Of a stretch of 64,000 nucleotides of DNA, positions 1 to 9,173 are shown in pieces. A model generated the notes under the pieces. That model was not told the DNA's origin. It searched no databases and was given only the letters and a program-made list of their open reading frames with translations. Within the stretch, counting starts at the first letter, position 1. Each line of letters begins with the position of its first letter. Origin of the DNA: Verrucomicrobiota bacterium (GTDB lineage Bacteria; Verrucomicrobiota; Verrucomicrobiia; Opitutales; Coraliomargaritaceae); assembly GCA_039815375.1 (NCBI GenBank), contig JBCBZJ010000001.1, forward strand, positions 96,001-160,000. The letters run 5' to 3'. A program made the position numbers and the translations under genes.

Positions 1-2
1 TG

Positions 3-239
3 AAGCTCCGGAAGCGAACGCTTGCGCCGCTATTGGATGCTTCAGGCTGGGCCGTTAATGGGCGCACGCTTATCTCGCGACGGCTCGGCTCTGCGCTGAC
101 GAAGCGTGCCAGCATTCCGGTGTCGGCACAGTGCAGCTTCGAGGAGTCCGGCCGCGTTCGAAAAGTCATTTGGCTGGTGCTCGGTCTCACTATTGTGGCC
201 TCTCTCGCGGGTTGGTTCTGCCTTTATGCCTTCTTGTAG
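3..239 (+). CDS. 3' end of a conserved hypothetical membrane-anchored protein (5'-truncated by the window)
   Basis: Frame is open from nt 3 (KLRKRTLAPLLDASGWAVN...) and ends in a hydrophobic helix (VIWLVLGLTIVASLAGWFCLYAFL). Confidence 0.6.
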   Translation, partial: KLRKRTLAPLLDASGWAVNGRTLISRRLGSALTKRASIPVSAQCSFEESGRVRKVIWLVLGLTIVASLAGWFCLYAFL

Positions 240-301
240 AGACTCTCTGAGGGCACAATTGAGAATTGAGAGTGTGGAATTAAGCGACGAAAGTTTCTAT
301 T

Positions 302-961
302 ATGTCTGAAAGCGTTCCAGATGCGAAACAATTGAAGTGGCACCAAAGTCTGGTGCTGTCCCTGTTGGCTGCGCTGATTGGGCTGTGGTCGCGCACCCTG
401 CGCTTCAGATGGGGGCCCGAAGTGCAGGCGGTGATCGAAGCTCCACCGTCGAACTCGGTTGTGATTCTCTGGCATAATCGGTTGTTTGCCGCGCCGGAGT
501 TCTTCCGTAGGAATTTTGCTCAGCGGCGACTCGCTACGCTCATCAGTGCGAGTAGTGATGGAGCTTGGCTGGCGGCTTTTATGGAGAAGCTCGGGATGCT
601 GCCGATTCGTGGTTCTCACTACAAACGCGGCGCGCAATCCGTCCGCGATATGCTGGTTGCTCACAAGCAGGGCCACGATATCGTGGTTACGCCTGACGGT
701 TCCCGTGGTCCGATGTATGACCTTAAGCCCGGAGCGGTTGCGGTGGCGCTCAAGACGGGCGCACCCTTCGTTATGTTTTCGCTCAACTTCAGCAAGGCCT
801 GGCGTCTGAAAAGCTGGGACCGGTTTTATTTGCCGGTGCCGTTCAGTTCAATGGAGGCGCGCCTCGAGGTGATTGAAAATCCCTCGGAGCTCGGCGAAGA
901 TCCAAAGGTCGTTGCTCGCTTGCTCAAGCAGCGTATGGATGCCATAACGGTGGACAGATGA
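302..961 (+). CDS. Lysophospholipid acyltransferase family protein (DUF374-like)
   Basis: WHNRL, LISASSDG, IRGS and VTPDGSRGP motifs. Confidence 0.85.
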   Translation: MSESVPDAKQLKWHQSLVLSLLAALIGLWSRTLRFRWGPEVQAVIEAPPSNSVVILWHNRLFAAPEFFRRNFAQRRLATLISASSDGAWLAAFMEKLGMLPIRGSHYKRGAQSVRDMLVAHKQGHDIVVTPDGSRGPMYDLKPGAVAVALKTGAPFVMFSLNFSKAWRLKSWDRFYLPVPFSSMEARLEVIENPSELGEDPKVVARLLKQRMDAITVDR

Positions 962-1359
962 AAAACGAGGACGACTCACATCTGGATGGTCTTGCCATCG
1001 GTCACTACGTAGTGGGCGGCATCGCAGCGTTCTTTGCCTGCATGCCGCTGATTCATATGGGCATCGGAATTGCCGTCTTGTCCGGAATTGAAATGGCTGA
1101 CGATACAGGTCAGCCCGCTCCAATGTGGTTCGGTTGGCTCTTTTTCTTGATCGGCTTATTTGCCTTTTTGTTTGGGCAGGCGATCTCTGTTGCGATTATT
1201 TTTTCAGGGCGTTTCCTGAAGCGGCGCAAGCACTACATGTTCTCTTTTGTGATCGCCTGCATTGCCTGCGCTTTCATGCCTTTCGGCACTGTGCTTGGGG
1301 TGCTGACGATCATCGTGCTGTCGCGGAAGTCGGTAAAGTCGCTCTACGGGCTCAGCTAG
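958..1359 (+). CDS. Hypothetical integral membrane protein
   Basis: Several hydrophobic helices, C-terminal PFGTVLGVLTIIVLSR, ATGA overlap with the upstream gene. Confidence 0.75.
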   Translation: MKNEDDSHLDGLAIGHYVVGGIAAFFACMPLIHMGIGIAVLSGIEMADDTGQPAPMWFGWLFFLIGLFAFLFGQAISVAIIFSGRFLKRRKHYMFSFVIACIACAFMPFGTVLGVLTIIVLSRKSVKSLYGLS

Positions 1360-1536
1360 TGCCAAATTGCGGGTGTGCCAAGATTCTCCGTTTCGCTTGT
1401 CGGATCGGTTAGTTCATTGAGAAGTGCTCTGATTCTTGCGGCTAAGCTCCAGTGGATTTTACCTGAAAGGAAACGGATTGTTGCGACTTAGCCGTGCCGA
1501 CACCTTCAATCCCAACTGCGGATTGTTTAAAGAATC

Positions 1537-2802
1537 TTATTTTGGATTCTCTCTACACTGTATTCGATCATCTTCGAACTCAAGGTCGGGGATGTGGGTG
1601 AAGGCAATGCGCATCGGGGCGGCCTCACGTGACTGTTGAGCCTCCATCGCATCGGCATGGTAAATCATGCGCGTGCCGTGTTTTTTGTTTACGATGTCCA
1701 TGGCCTGTTGGAGCCGCACTCGTCGACTTTGGTTGTCAGAATCAAAGAGAGAAGGAGTGTGGGCGGCATGTGGAACCAGTTTTGAAAGAACAACAGAAAC
1801 CTTTGTTGGGTCCGGTGCATCGACAGGATGCTCTGCCCAAAGTTCGTTCAACGCGTGGGCCATCGTGACGGTGTCTTGAGTTGGAAAAAAGCTGGTCGCT
1901 GTCGACCAGCGAAGCTCATGGCCGAATTTGACGTAGATGTCGAGTTGTCCCGCGAAGTAATGGTCTTTGCGAAGACGCAAACAAGCCTTGTGGAGCATGC
2001 GGTGGAGAACGGAATGTGCAGCCCGGTGGTTGCGTAGTTGATGAGGTAGGACATGAGAGTGGCTGATAGTTTGCTTTTTTGTTTCGGGCGAGGGCAGTTC
2101 GTAGCCTTGTAGCGCATACCACATTCGGTCGCCTTCGACTGAGCCCCAGACTTGATGAAGCCTGCGTTGACCGGTTACACAAAGATCCTGCATCGACAGG
2201 ATACGTGCGGAACGGAGGCGCCGTAGCATATTCCGTCCTATTCCGGTAATATCGGAGAGCTCCATTCCATAGAGCGCCTCTGGTAGGTCTTCGCTGTTGA
2301 TTAGCACGAGGCCGTTCGGCTTTTCCATTTTGCTAGCGAGCTTAGCAATGAAGCGATTCGGCGCGATACCGATAGAAACTTTAATGTAGGGGCCGAGTTC
2401 TCTTCGAAGAACCGTTTTGACCTCCAGTGCTTTTTCGCGCGCGATTTGAGGTCGCTGCCAATGAGGCGGTAGGCGGCCATACATCTCATCAATGCTGGCG
2501 ATTTTATCGATGTAGACGATTTGATGTATGGTCTGATGGATTTTTGTAGCGACCTGTACGTAGCGGCGATGGTTGCCTTCAACGAAGTGAATTTCCGGGC
2601 AGAGGCTCCGGGCCTCGCGAACGCCGGTCCCGGTTCGGACCCCTCGAGCTTTGGCCTCATAGCTGGCCGCGATGCAGCAAGTTGTGTCAACACCGATTGA
2701 TGGAACCACTCCGACGGGTTTCCCGCGCAGCTCGGGGCGGAACTGCTGCTCGACGGAGGCAAAGAAGCTATCGAAATCGAAAAAGATATAACGGAGCGGC
2801 AT
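1537..2802 (-). CDS. dinB: Y-family DNA polymerase (DinB/UmuC-like)
   Basis: FFDFDSFFASVEQ, AASYEAKARGV, SIDE, SIGIAPNRFIAKLASKMEKPNG and GIG motifs. Start moved to ATG 2802. Confidence 0.9.
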   Translation of the reverse strand: MPLRYIFFDFDSFFASVEQQFRPELRGKPVGVVPSIGVDTTCCIAASYEAKARGVRTGTGVREARSLCPEIHFVEGNHRRYVQVATKIHQTIHQIVYIDKIASIDEMYGRLPPHWQRPQIAREKALEVKTVLRRELGPYIKVSIGIAPNRFIAKLASKMEKPNGLVLINSEDLPEALYGMELSDITGIGRNMLRRLRSARILSMQDLCVTGQRRLHQVWGSVEGDRMWYALQGYELPSPETKKQTISHSHVLPHQLRNHRAAHSVLHRMLHKACLRLRKDHYFAGQLDIYVKFGHELRWSTATSFFPTQDTVTMAHALNELWAEHPVDAPDPTKVSVVLSKLVPHAAHTPSLFDSDNQSRRVRLQQAMDIVNKKHGTRMIYHADAMEAQQSREAAPMRIAFTHIPDLEFEDDRIQCRENPK

Positions 2803-2815
2803 ATTGAAAAGATGC

Positions 2816-2845
2816 CCATATAGTGAATTAATGTTCACTATATGG
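2816..2845. promoter_or_regulatory. Perfect 12-bp inverted repeat, putative repressor operator
   Basis: CCATATAGTGAA-TTAATG-TTCACTATATGG, just upstream of the polymerase ATG. Confidence 0.6.
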
Positions 2846-2890
2846 AATCCAAAAATGCACCACTTTTACTTTTTCCGAATATGGGCTCAA

Positions 2891-3877
2891 CTAGGCCTGA
2901 CTTTTGGTGCGCAGTGCGGCTTCGACCTCTGCGAGATCACGGGGTAATTTGCTGCTGAAGCGCTTGGTTTTTCCTGTTTCGGGATGGGTGAAACCTATAC
3001 TGGAGGCATGCAGTGCCTGGCGTTTGCAGCCATGGGGCGAACGGTGCCCGGCTTCTGCTGCTCTTTTGTAGTCCGGATGGTAGTGACGGTCGCCGAGGAG
3101 AGGCACGCCGGCGCGGGCAGCATGGATGCGCAGCTGATGCTTGAGCCCGCTTCTCAATCGCAGTCGTAGTCTGGATACGGTATGACGGTTGCCGCCGGTT
3201 GTCCACGAGATCGTGTCCAGCACTTCGTAGTCGCTGACTGCTTCGGTTGCTCCGGGAGTTGGCTTGTCGTAAACAGTTTGTTGGAGGCCTGCCTCGTCGA
3301 GTTCGAACCAACTTTTCCATTGGCCACGTGGCTCTCTCGGCAGGCCATCGCCAAGGGCAAGGTATTCTCGGATGAAACTGTGGGAGCGCACTTGTTTGAC
3401 GAGGTGCTCGCGGGCTGACTGGTTCATGGCGAAGCAAAGAAGCCCGCTGGTGTATTGGTCAAGGCGGTGGACGGGGAGCGGTTTTGCGACCTCTGATTTC
3501 GAGCCGGCCGGAGCTTGTCCTGCAAGATATTTTTCAAGAACCTTAAGTGCGGAATTTTGACTTTCTTCTGGTCCGCCGGGCACAGAGAGGAGGCCGGGGC
3601 CCTTGTTTACAATTGCGAGTGATCGGTCAATGTAGAGCAGGTTGACCTGCGCATGGATGCGAACAGGCATACGCTTTGAGAAAACACGTGTCGTAGCCTT
3701 GGCTTTGCCCATCAATAGCCGTTCTCCGGGATCGGTTAGACTAAGGTGGGGCTTCGTAATGATTTCACCATCGAGACTGACGCGCCCATTTGCGAACCAC
3801 TCCTTGAGTCGCTTCTTCGGACTGTCCGGATAGTCACGGGCCACCCATTCGAGCGCAGTTTTTTCTTCGTCGGACAT
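2891..3877 (-). CDS. RluA-family pseudouridine synthase
   Basis: S4-like N-terminus, VNKGPGLLS, VHRLDQYTSG, GLKHQLRIH, PLLGD and ALHA motifs. Confidence 0.92.
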   Translation of the reverse strand: MSDEEKTALEWVARDYPDSPKKRLKEWFANGRVSLDGEIITKPHLSLTDPGERLLMGKAKATTRVFSKRMPVRIHAQVNLLYIDRSLAIVNKGPGLLSVPGGPEESQNSALKVLEKYLAGQAPAGSKSEVAKPLPVHRLDQYTSGLLCFAMNQSAREHLVKQVRSHSFIREYLALGDGLPREPRGQWKSWFELDEAGLQQTVYDKPTPGATEAVSDYEVLDTISWTTGGNRHTVSRLRLRLRSGLKHQLRIHAARAGVPLLGDRHYHPDYKRAAEAGHRSPHGCKRQALHASSIGFTHPETGKTKRFSSKLPRDLAEVEAALRTKSQA

Positions 3878-3882
3878 AGTAT

Positions 3883-4722
3883 TTAGGAACTGGGAGATGT
3901 AGCAGACTGAAAAATGAAATCAACAACGAGCTCAAGTGGTTCCGCGCCGATACAATCTGCCGCGCGAGGATGGAGACTCGAGACCGGGTTAAAATCGAAG
4001 AAGCAGGGATTGCCATCTTTTAGCACGAAATACTCAATCGCCCCGAGTTTCATCTTGCCACGGGCTGCGATCTTTTTGGCAAGTCGGGCGATTTCGGGAT
4101 CGAGTGCCTTTTCTGGAGTAAGTGCAGAGTTGTCACCTGCATTGGCGAGGCAGTAGTCGAACTCGTTGGGAACGAGTGGCGTCGCTGCGTCGTATAGGAT
4201 TTGGTCACCGACAAATTCGATGCGATGGACCATACCATCAGCCGGTTCGATGCGCTCCTGTTCGATCCATTCGATTGAGGGATCAAGGTCGGAGGGTGCT
4301 GGTTCGTCGGGTTGCAGAATCTGTATTCCCTTCCCGAAACCACCAGCCGGCGGTTTTAAGAGAACACTTCGTCCGGGCAGGGCGCGTCCACCGGGTATGG
4401 CGACTTTTGTTGCTGGTGTGCTCACTCCGCACGATTGAAAGAGAGCGTGCTGCTCAACTTTCGAGAGCCCAATTTCGAAACAACGCGCTCCGTTGATAAC
4501 CATCTGGTTACCGGATTCCCATCTGCCAAAGGCCTGCCGGATCCTCGATAATTTTGCCTCATCGACCCGAAGTAGCTGGGTCGAAACCCGATTGACGATC
4601 AGGTCAGTGTTCGATCCGATTTCTGGATCGTCGCCGACGAGCACCTTTGCGCCCAGTGAAGTGAGAGCACGTTCAAGAGGCCGCACCCAGACTGGAATAT
4701 CAGTCAAGATAAAGACCGTCAT
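3883..4722 (-). CDS. ATP-grasp fold protein (RimK-like)
   Basis: VLLKPPAGGFGKGI, IEQE, GAIEY and FFDFNP motifs. Confidence 0.75.
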   Translation of the reverse strand: MTVFILTDIPVWVRPLERALTSLGAKVLVGDDPEIGSNTDLIVNRVSTQLLRVDEAKLSRIRQAFGRWESGNQMVINGARCFEIGLSKVEQHALFQSCGVSTPATKVAIPGGRALPGRSVLLKPPAGGFGKGIQILQPDEPAPSDLDPSIEWIEQERIEPADGMVHRIEFVGDQILYDAATPLVPNEFDYCLANAGDNSALTPEKALDPEIARLAKKIAARGKMKLGAIEYFVLKDGNPCFFDFNPVSSLHPRAADCIGAEPLELVVDFIFQSATSPSS

Positions 4723-4818
4723 TCATCGAGCCCTAGATAATAGATCTTATCTATGCGAACACGAATGCTTACATCCTATGTTTGCTAAGATATAAGACGA
4801 TCTAAGCTTTCTTTATGG

Positions 4819-5844
4819 TTATGGTTCTTCAGAAACAGTCTGGAAGGTGGCGCTGGCGGGAGCATCAACTCCGTCAGAGCCGTTAGTGGTCCTGCCATAG
4901 GAGTTTACAACCATGTCCGCCTCGATACCCTTACCATCAACGCTGAAGCCATATGAGCCGACCACCATCCGGGACTCGATACCCGTGCCGGTTCCGGAGC
5001 TACTGCCACTGGAGTTGACGACAAGCCGAGTCGCATCAATGCCCTTACCGTCGCCTTCGGAGGCTCCCTCTGAGTCGGTTACAGTCAGTGCGAAAATTCC
5101 GATAGAATTGATACTGACGCCGACTGAATTCTTAACGTGGTCCACGCCAATCGCAGTTCCTATCGAATTGATAACAGTGCAGTTTTGAACGATCGATCGA
5201 GCGTTAGCATTCGTCGCAAAAATTCCAACTTGATTTGCATTGAGTTTACAATCGGTAATCAGATTTCCAGTGCTACCTGTGAACCCAAAGACACCAAGTT
5301 CGATGCCTATTTGACTGCATCCGGTGACGGATACTCGAGAAATGCTTAATCCGTCTCCTTGAAATGTAATACCTTTCGCGAATCCTTCCCCAATCAAAGT
5401 GGCTCCACTGAGGGTATATTTGGAAAAAATATGACCATTTTCGATATGCACGCTGTCTGTGCGTGCGCCTGATACGTCCGTATCGATGTTGATTCCACTA
5501 CCCGAAGCGCTTCCACTGATTCGGGAAAGCGTAAACCCGTTCATATCTAAAGTCACGTGAGATGCCGTGATGTCGATTCCGTTTCCAGAAGCCACCGACA
5601 GATCACCCACCATGTAGTAGGAACCACTCTGCGAAATGGTGAATCCGCCGTTGGATTCTTCAGTGACGCCAGGCGCTCCGTCGACGAGTGGTATACGTGC
5701 TTCGACTTGATCGAGAGTCTTCATTACAGGCCCAGGGACACCTGCTGGTGGTGTCGTTGGGTCCCCGCCCGCTTGAGCGAAAATTGTTACGGGTAGTGCG
5801 AGGAGACTGGCTCCGATGAGCAGGAGTTTGTTTTGAGCTTTCAT
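4819..5844 (-). CDS. Secreted right-handed beta-helix protein
   Basis: Signal peptide from MKAQNK (ATG 5844), PPAGVPGPVMKTLDQVE, TISQSGSYY and VTLDMNGFTL motifs, repeated GI beta-helix rungs. Confidence 0.8.
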   Translation of the reverse strand: MKAQNKLLLIGASLLALPVTIFAQAGGDPTTPPAGVPGPVMKTLDQVEARIPLVDGAPGVTEESNGGFTISQSGSYYMVGDLSVASGNGIDITASHVTLDMNGFTLSRISGSASGSGINIDTDVSGARTDSVHIENGHIFSKYTLSGATLIGEGFAKGITFQGDGLSISRVSVTGCSQIGIELGVFGFTGSTGNLITDCKLNANQVGIFATNANARSIVQNCTVINSIGTAIGVDHVKNSVGVSINSIGIFALTVTDSEGASEGDGKGIDATRLVVNSSGSSSGTGTGIESRMVVGSYGFSVDGKGIEADMVVNSYGRTTNGSDGVDAPASATFQTVSEEP

Positions 5845-5875
5845 GTCTTTTGGTCGGATTTGATTTTCTAGAGTT

Positions 5876-8800
5876 CTATTCTGAAAGTGGAAGTTTTGTG
5901 GTAACGCGGAAGAAGCGCTTGTCGCCACCAGAAAATTTGAAGACTCGAGTCGTCGTGCCAGACTCGCCGAGAACATCGCCGAGGCCGGAGTCGCTCCATG
6001 GGTCAGCTACATCGAGTTCGGTAGCTTGCTCGATTGAGTAGATCCGGTTCGAGTCCGAGGTGAACTCCAAGGTGACTTCGGTTACTGAGCCGTTGTAACT
6101 GGTGGATATGATTTGGAGATAGCTACTCGCGTCGTTTGCATCAGTGCCACCAATGTATTCAGCTGCATCCGTTTGGGAGTCGCCGTCACTGTTTGTGCCG
6201 ACTCCAGCCGTGGTTAGATCGCCAAAGTTATCGAGCTCCCATGAGTCTGCCATGCCGTCGAGATCGACATCATCGATGCGGATCTCATCCGTGCCGAGTT
6301 GTCCCGTTCCCAGATTGATCCAGCCGATATTTGCACCCCATGCATAACCGGAGAAATCTCCTGTCAGCAAATCGACCATTGCTGCATTCGGGTCATTTGC
6401 ACCGGCCCATCCGAAATTAATCCAGCCCACGTTGCCGGACCAGGCATAGCCATAAAGCGCTCCCCCGTCGTGATTTATCCCGTGGTCGCTTCCGGTGTTT
6501 GTGTAGGTATGGCCGTTGTCTGGCAGACGCTGCCCCAGCTTAATCCAGCCAGTATTCGCATCATAAGCATAGCCCGAGACAAAAGAATCGTGAACGACAA
6601 TGCCCGTATTCGTGTTCGGCGCCAGATTGACCCATCCCGTATTGCCTGAAAAAGCATAGGGAGCATCGCTGACGGTTGATTCGGATGCGTCGAAATCAAT
6701 TTCGGTCAGGCGAATACCGGATCCATCGTGCCGGATCGTGAATACGAGCTGCGTATTGGCCGGAAATTCGTAGAAGGTGAAGCTGTGAGCCGCGTCGTCC
6801 ACGGCTGTGGTGAGGACGCCTGCGTTGAGCTCAAGGCAGGTGTGTTCGTCGGGGACAAGTCCGCCGAAGACGAATTCTTCACCGATATCAAAGCCTTCAA
6901 AGGAGAACGTTAGGTTATAGAGTTTCGCATTCTGGCTAGTGAAGGTGAAGACGGATTCACTCGGAGAGCCGATGCCGATGTCGACTACACGCGCTTCGCC
7001 GGTTCCAGAAACTTCGAAAGAACCCGTCAGGTTGATGTCGAATTCAAGGGGATCGGATTGACCAACTCCGGCATCAATCGTGCCGCTGAAATCGCGCACT
7101 CCGTCGTCATACTCACGGAAGTCCTCTAGATCGTTCTCGGCAAAGTTTGATCCGAAGTCTACGAGGACAGGGTCTGTAGAGTTTGGCACGAAGTAACTGG
7201 GTATTTCCACGTCGTTGAGGTTGATCCAGCCAAGATTACCGCTCCACGCGTAGCCGGAGAGCTCCCCGGTGCTTTGGTTGATCTGCGGGCGATTCGGGTC
7301 GGAACCACTCGCCCAGCCAAAAAAGATCCAGCCTGTGTTGGCCGACCATGCGTAGCCGCCGAGGGTGCCGCTTGAGATGTTAACGCCGTGTTCGTTGCCA
7401 TCGTTGGCGTAGGCAAATCCGTTCAGCGGTGAACCATCACCAAAGTAGATCCAGCCTGTGTTGGCACTAAACGCATAGCCTTCCAGATAGCTAAAGCCCG
7501 ATTTTACCGCGAGGCTTCTCGTTGCGGCATCAAAGTTAATCCAGCCTGTATTCCCTTCCCAAGCATAGGGTGAGCCATCGTAGGCAGGCTCGATGAGCTC
7601 GAACCCGATCTTAGTGATGCGAACGTCGGAGCCATTGCGGTTGAAAAGAATTTCTAGAGCGTTGTCTGCAGAAAGTTCTCGGAAGGTAAACGTGCCGGAA
7701 GCGTCGTCCGAGCTGGTTTGAAGCAGGTTGCCACTTCGGCTTAAGCCGGGAAAGTGGTCTGGGAATTGTCCCGGAAATTCGAAGCTTTGCCCGATGTCGA
7801 AGTCCTCATAAAAAATAGTTAGATTGTAGAGCGGGCGTCCTTGCGGAGTGAGCAGGAGGCTAACTTGTGTTTCACTGACATCCAGACCGGCACCGAGATT
7901 GAGTTCCGTGCCCATGACACTGCTTACGAATGTGGGAGAGGGTGAAGCTGCAAAATCGATGGAGACAGATTCGCCGGAGTTCGCCGGGACCGTAAGGGTC
8001 CCACCAAAAAGGCGTGTGTTTTCATCGAAGACTTGCTCCATATTGAAAAACGCATTGAAGCTGGAGTTGTAAAATGATTCGCGGAGGTCGGCTTGAGTGG
8101 TCGTGGGCAGGATGTAAGTGAGCAGCTTACCTTGAGCATATTCAGCGGCGTAGAGACGAGTGTAATCATCGTTAATTGCAAGCGAGTGCCAACGTAGTTG
8201 CTCAAGCCCGCTAACAAGCGTCGTGATGGAGTTGTCCGATGGGTCCCACATCGCAATTTCGGCCGTCTCATCCCCCGCTGAGCTGGTTCCAAAATCCGAG
8301 ATCGCAAGGTAAGCTACCTTGCGTTGATCGTCCCAAACGGCTGCCTTAATCTCGGAGATATCGGACGTCGTCGGAATCAAGGTTGCGGAATAGACGCCAC
8401 CGCTTTCTGTCAACTCAAGGAGTCCGTTTCCGTGCTCCACGAGGACGATTTTGTCGTTGGTTGCAAAGATCCCGTAAAGCCCGTCAAAACGGTTAAAGCT
8501 GAGCAGCAGAACTTCTCCCTGTGCCGTGTCGGGCGAAAAACTCAGCACGCGCTCGTTTCCGTTGAACCCGCGGTCCGTGAAAAAACCGTCTCCGGGACTT
8601 GCCAAATCACCGGCGTAATAATCAGGCACGATCAATATACCTGCGGGGTCGTCATCGCCACCGCCGGGTATATTGCTTACCCAGGTGCCACTTGATGAAC
8701 TCCCTTCAGGCACTCTGGAAATGATTCCCGGGAAATCTCGTGTGAAGAAGATATCACCGTCTTTCGGGTCATCGGTGATGCCTGCGGGCGCATCGCTCGA

Positions 8801-9049
8801 ATAGAGTGAGGTGCTCGTGCCGTCTGCATTCAGGCGGAAAACTGATCCACTCGAACTGGGACGCACGATATAGTAGATCGTATCATCAAAATCATTGTAG
8901 GTGACTGCCCAAACATTTGAGATATCTCGCGAAGACTCGAGGGTCAGATCGCCAAAGTTGCCAACCGCGAACAGGCTCACTGCGCTCGACAGCGAAAGTA
9001 GAGCTCCTACCAACGAAATTTTGGATACAATCTGGCGTTTTGGCATCAA
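5876..9049 (-). CDS. Large secreted modular protein with duplicated domains and 8 YA(W/F/Y)xxNxGW(I/V) repeats
   Basis: 1057-aa ORF, signal peptide, propeller-like N-terminus, internal 303-aa duplication, C-terminal DLDGMADSWE...DGDSQTDAAEYIGGTD motif. Confidence 0.85.
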   Translation of the reverse strand: MMPKRQIVSKISLVGALLSLSSAVSLFAVGNFGDLTLESSRDISNVWAVTYNDFDDTIYYIVRPSSSGSVFRLNADGTSTSLYSSDAPAGITDDPKDGDIFFTRDFPGIISRVPEGSSSSGTWVSNIPGGGDDDPAGILIVPDYYAGDLASPGDGFFTDRGFNGNERVLSFSPDTAQGEVLLLSFNRFDGLYGIFATNDKIVLVEHGNGLLELTESGGVYSATLIPTTSDISEIKAAVWDDQRKVAYLAISDFGTSSAGDETAEIAMWDPSDNSITTLVSGLEQLRWHSLAINDDYTRLYAAEYAQGKLLTYILPTTTQADLRESFYNSSFNAFFNMEQVFDENTRLFGGTLTVPANSGESVSIDFAASPSPTFVSSVMGTELNLGAGLDVSETQVSLLLTPQGRPLYNLTIFYEDFDIGQSFEFPGQFPDHFPGLSRSGNLLQTSSDDASGTFTFRELSADNALEILFNRNGSDVRITKIGFELIEPAYDGSPYAWEGNTGWINFDAATRSLAVKSGFSYLEGYAFSANTGWIYFGDGSPLNGFAYANDGNEHGVNISSGTLGGYAWSANTGWIFFGWASGSDPNRPQINQSTGELSGYAWSGNLGWINLNDVEIPSYFVPNSTDPVLVDFGSNFAENDLEDFREYDDGVRDFSGTIDAGVGQSDPLEFDINLTGSFEVSGTGEARVVDIGIGSPSESVFTFTSQNAKLYNLTFSFEGFDIGEEFVFGGLVPDEHTCLELNAGVLTTAVDDAAHSFTFYEFPANTQLVFTIRHDGSGIRLTEIDFDASESTVSDAPYAFSGNTGWVNLAPNTNTGIVVHDSFVSGYAYDANTGWIKLGQRLPDNGHTYTNTGSDHGINHDGGALYGYAWSGNVGWINFGWAGANDPNAAMVDLLTGDFSGYAWGANIGWINLGTGQLGTDEIRIDDVDLDGMADSWELDNFGDLTTAGVGTNSDGDSQTDAAEYIGGTDANDASSYLQIISTSYNGSVTEVTLEFTSDSNRIYSIEQATELDVADPWSDSGLGDVLGESGTTTRVFKFSGGDKRFFRVTTKLPLSE

Positions 9050-9173
9050 GAACTGTAAAAAAATTTAAAGCGCTGGCACCCAACCTTCGGCGCCTGCATG
9101 AAGCAATCGAATAATGAATGTAAGACTACGGTAGTCGGAGTTTTTCAGGCGCAATCAAAGAGACTACCGAAAC

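Noticed and set aside
1439..1494. CGGCTAAG...CTTAGCCG inverted repeat in a convergent intergenic gap
   Set aside because: Single short pair with a long loop and no recognisable RNA family
9124..9169. CGGTAGTC...GACTACCG inverted repeat after the mutS stop
   Set aside because: 8-bp arms with a 25-nt loop and no U-tract. It cannot be distinguished from chance or assigned a role
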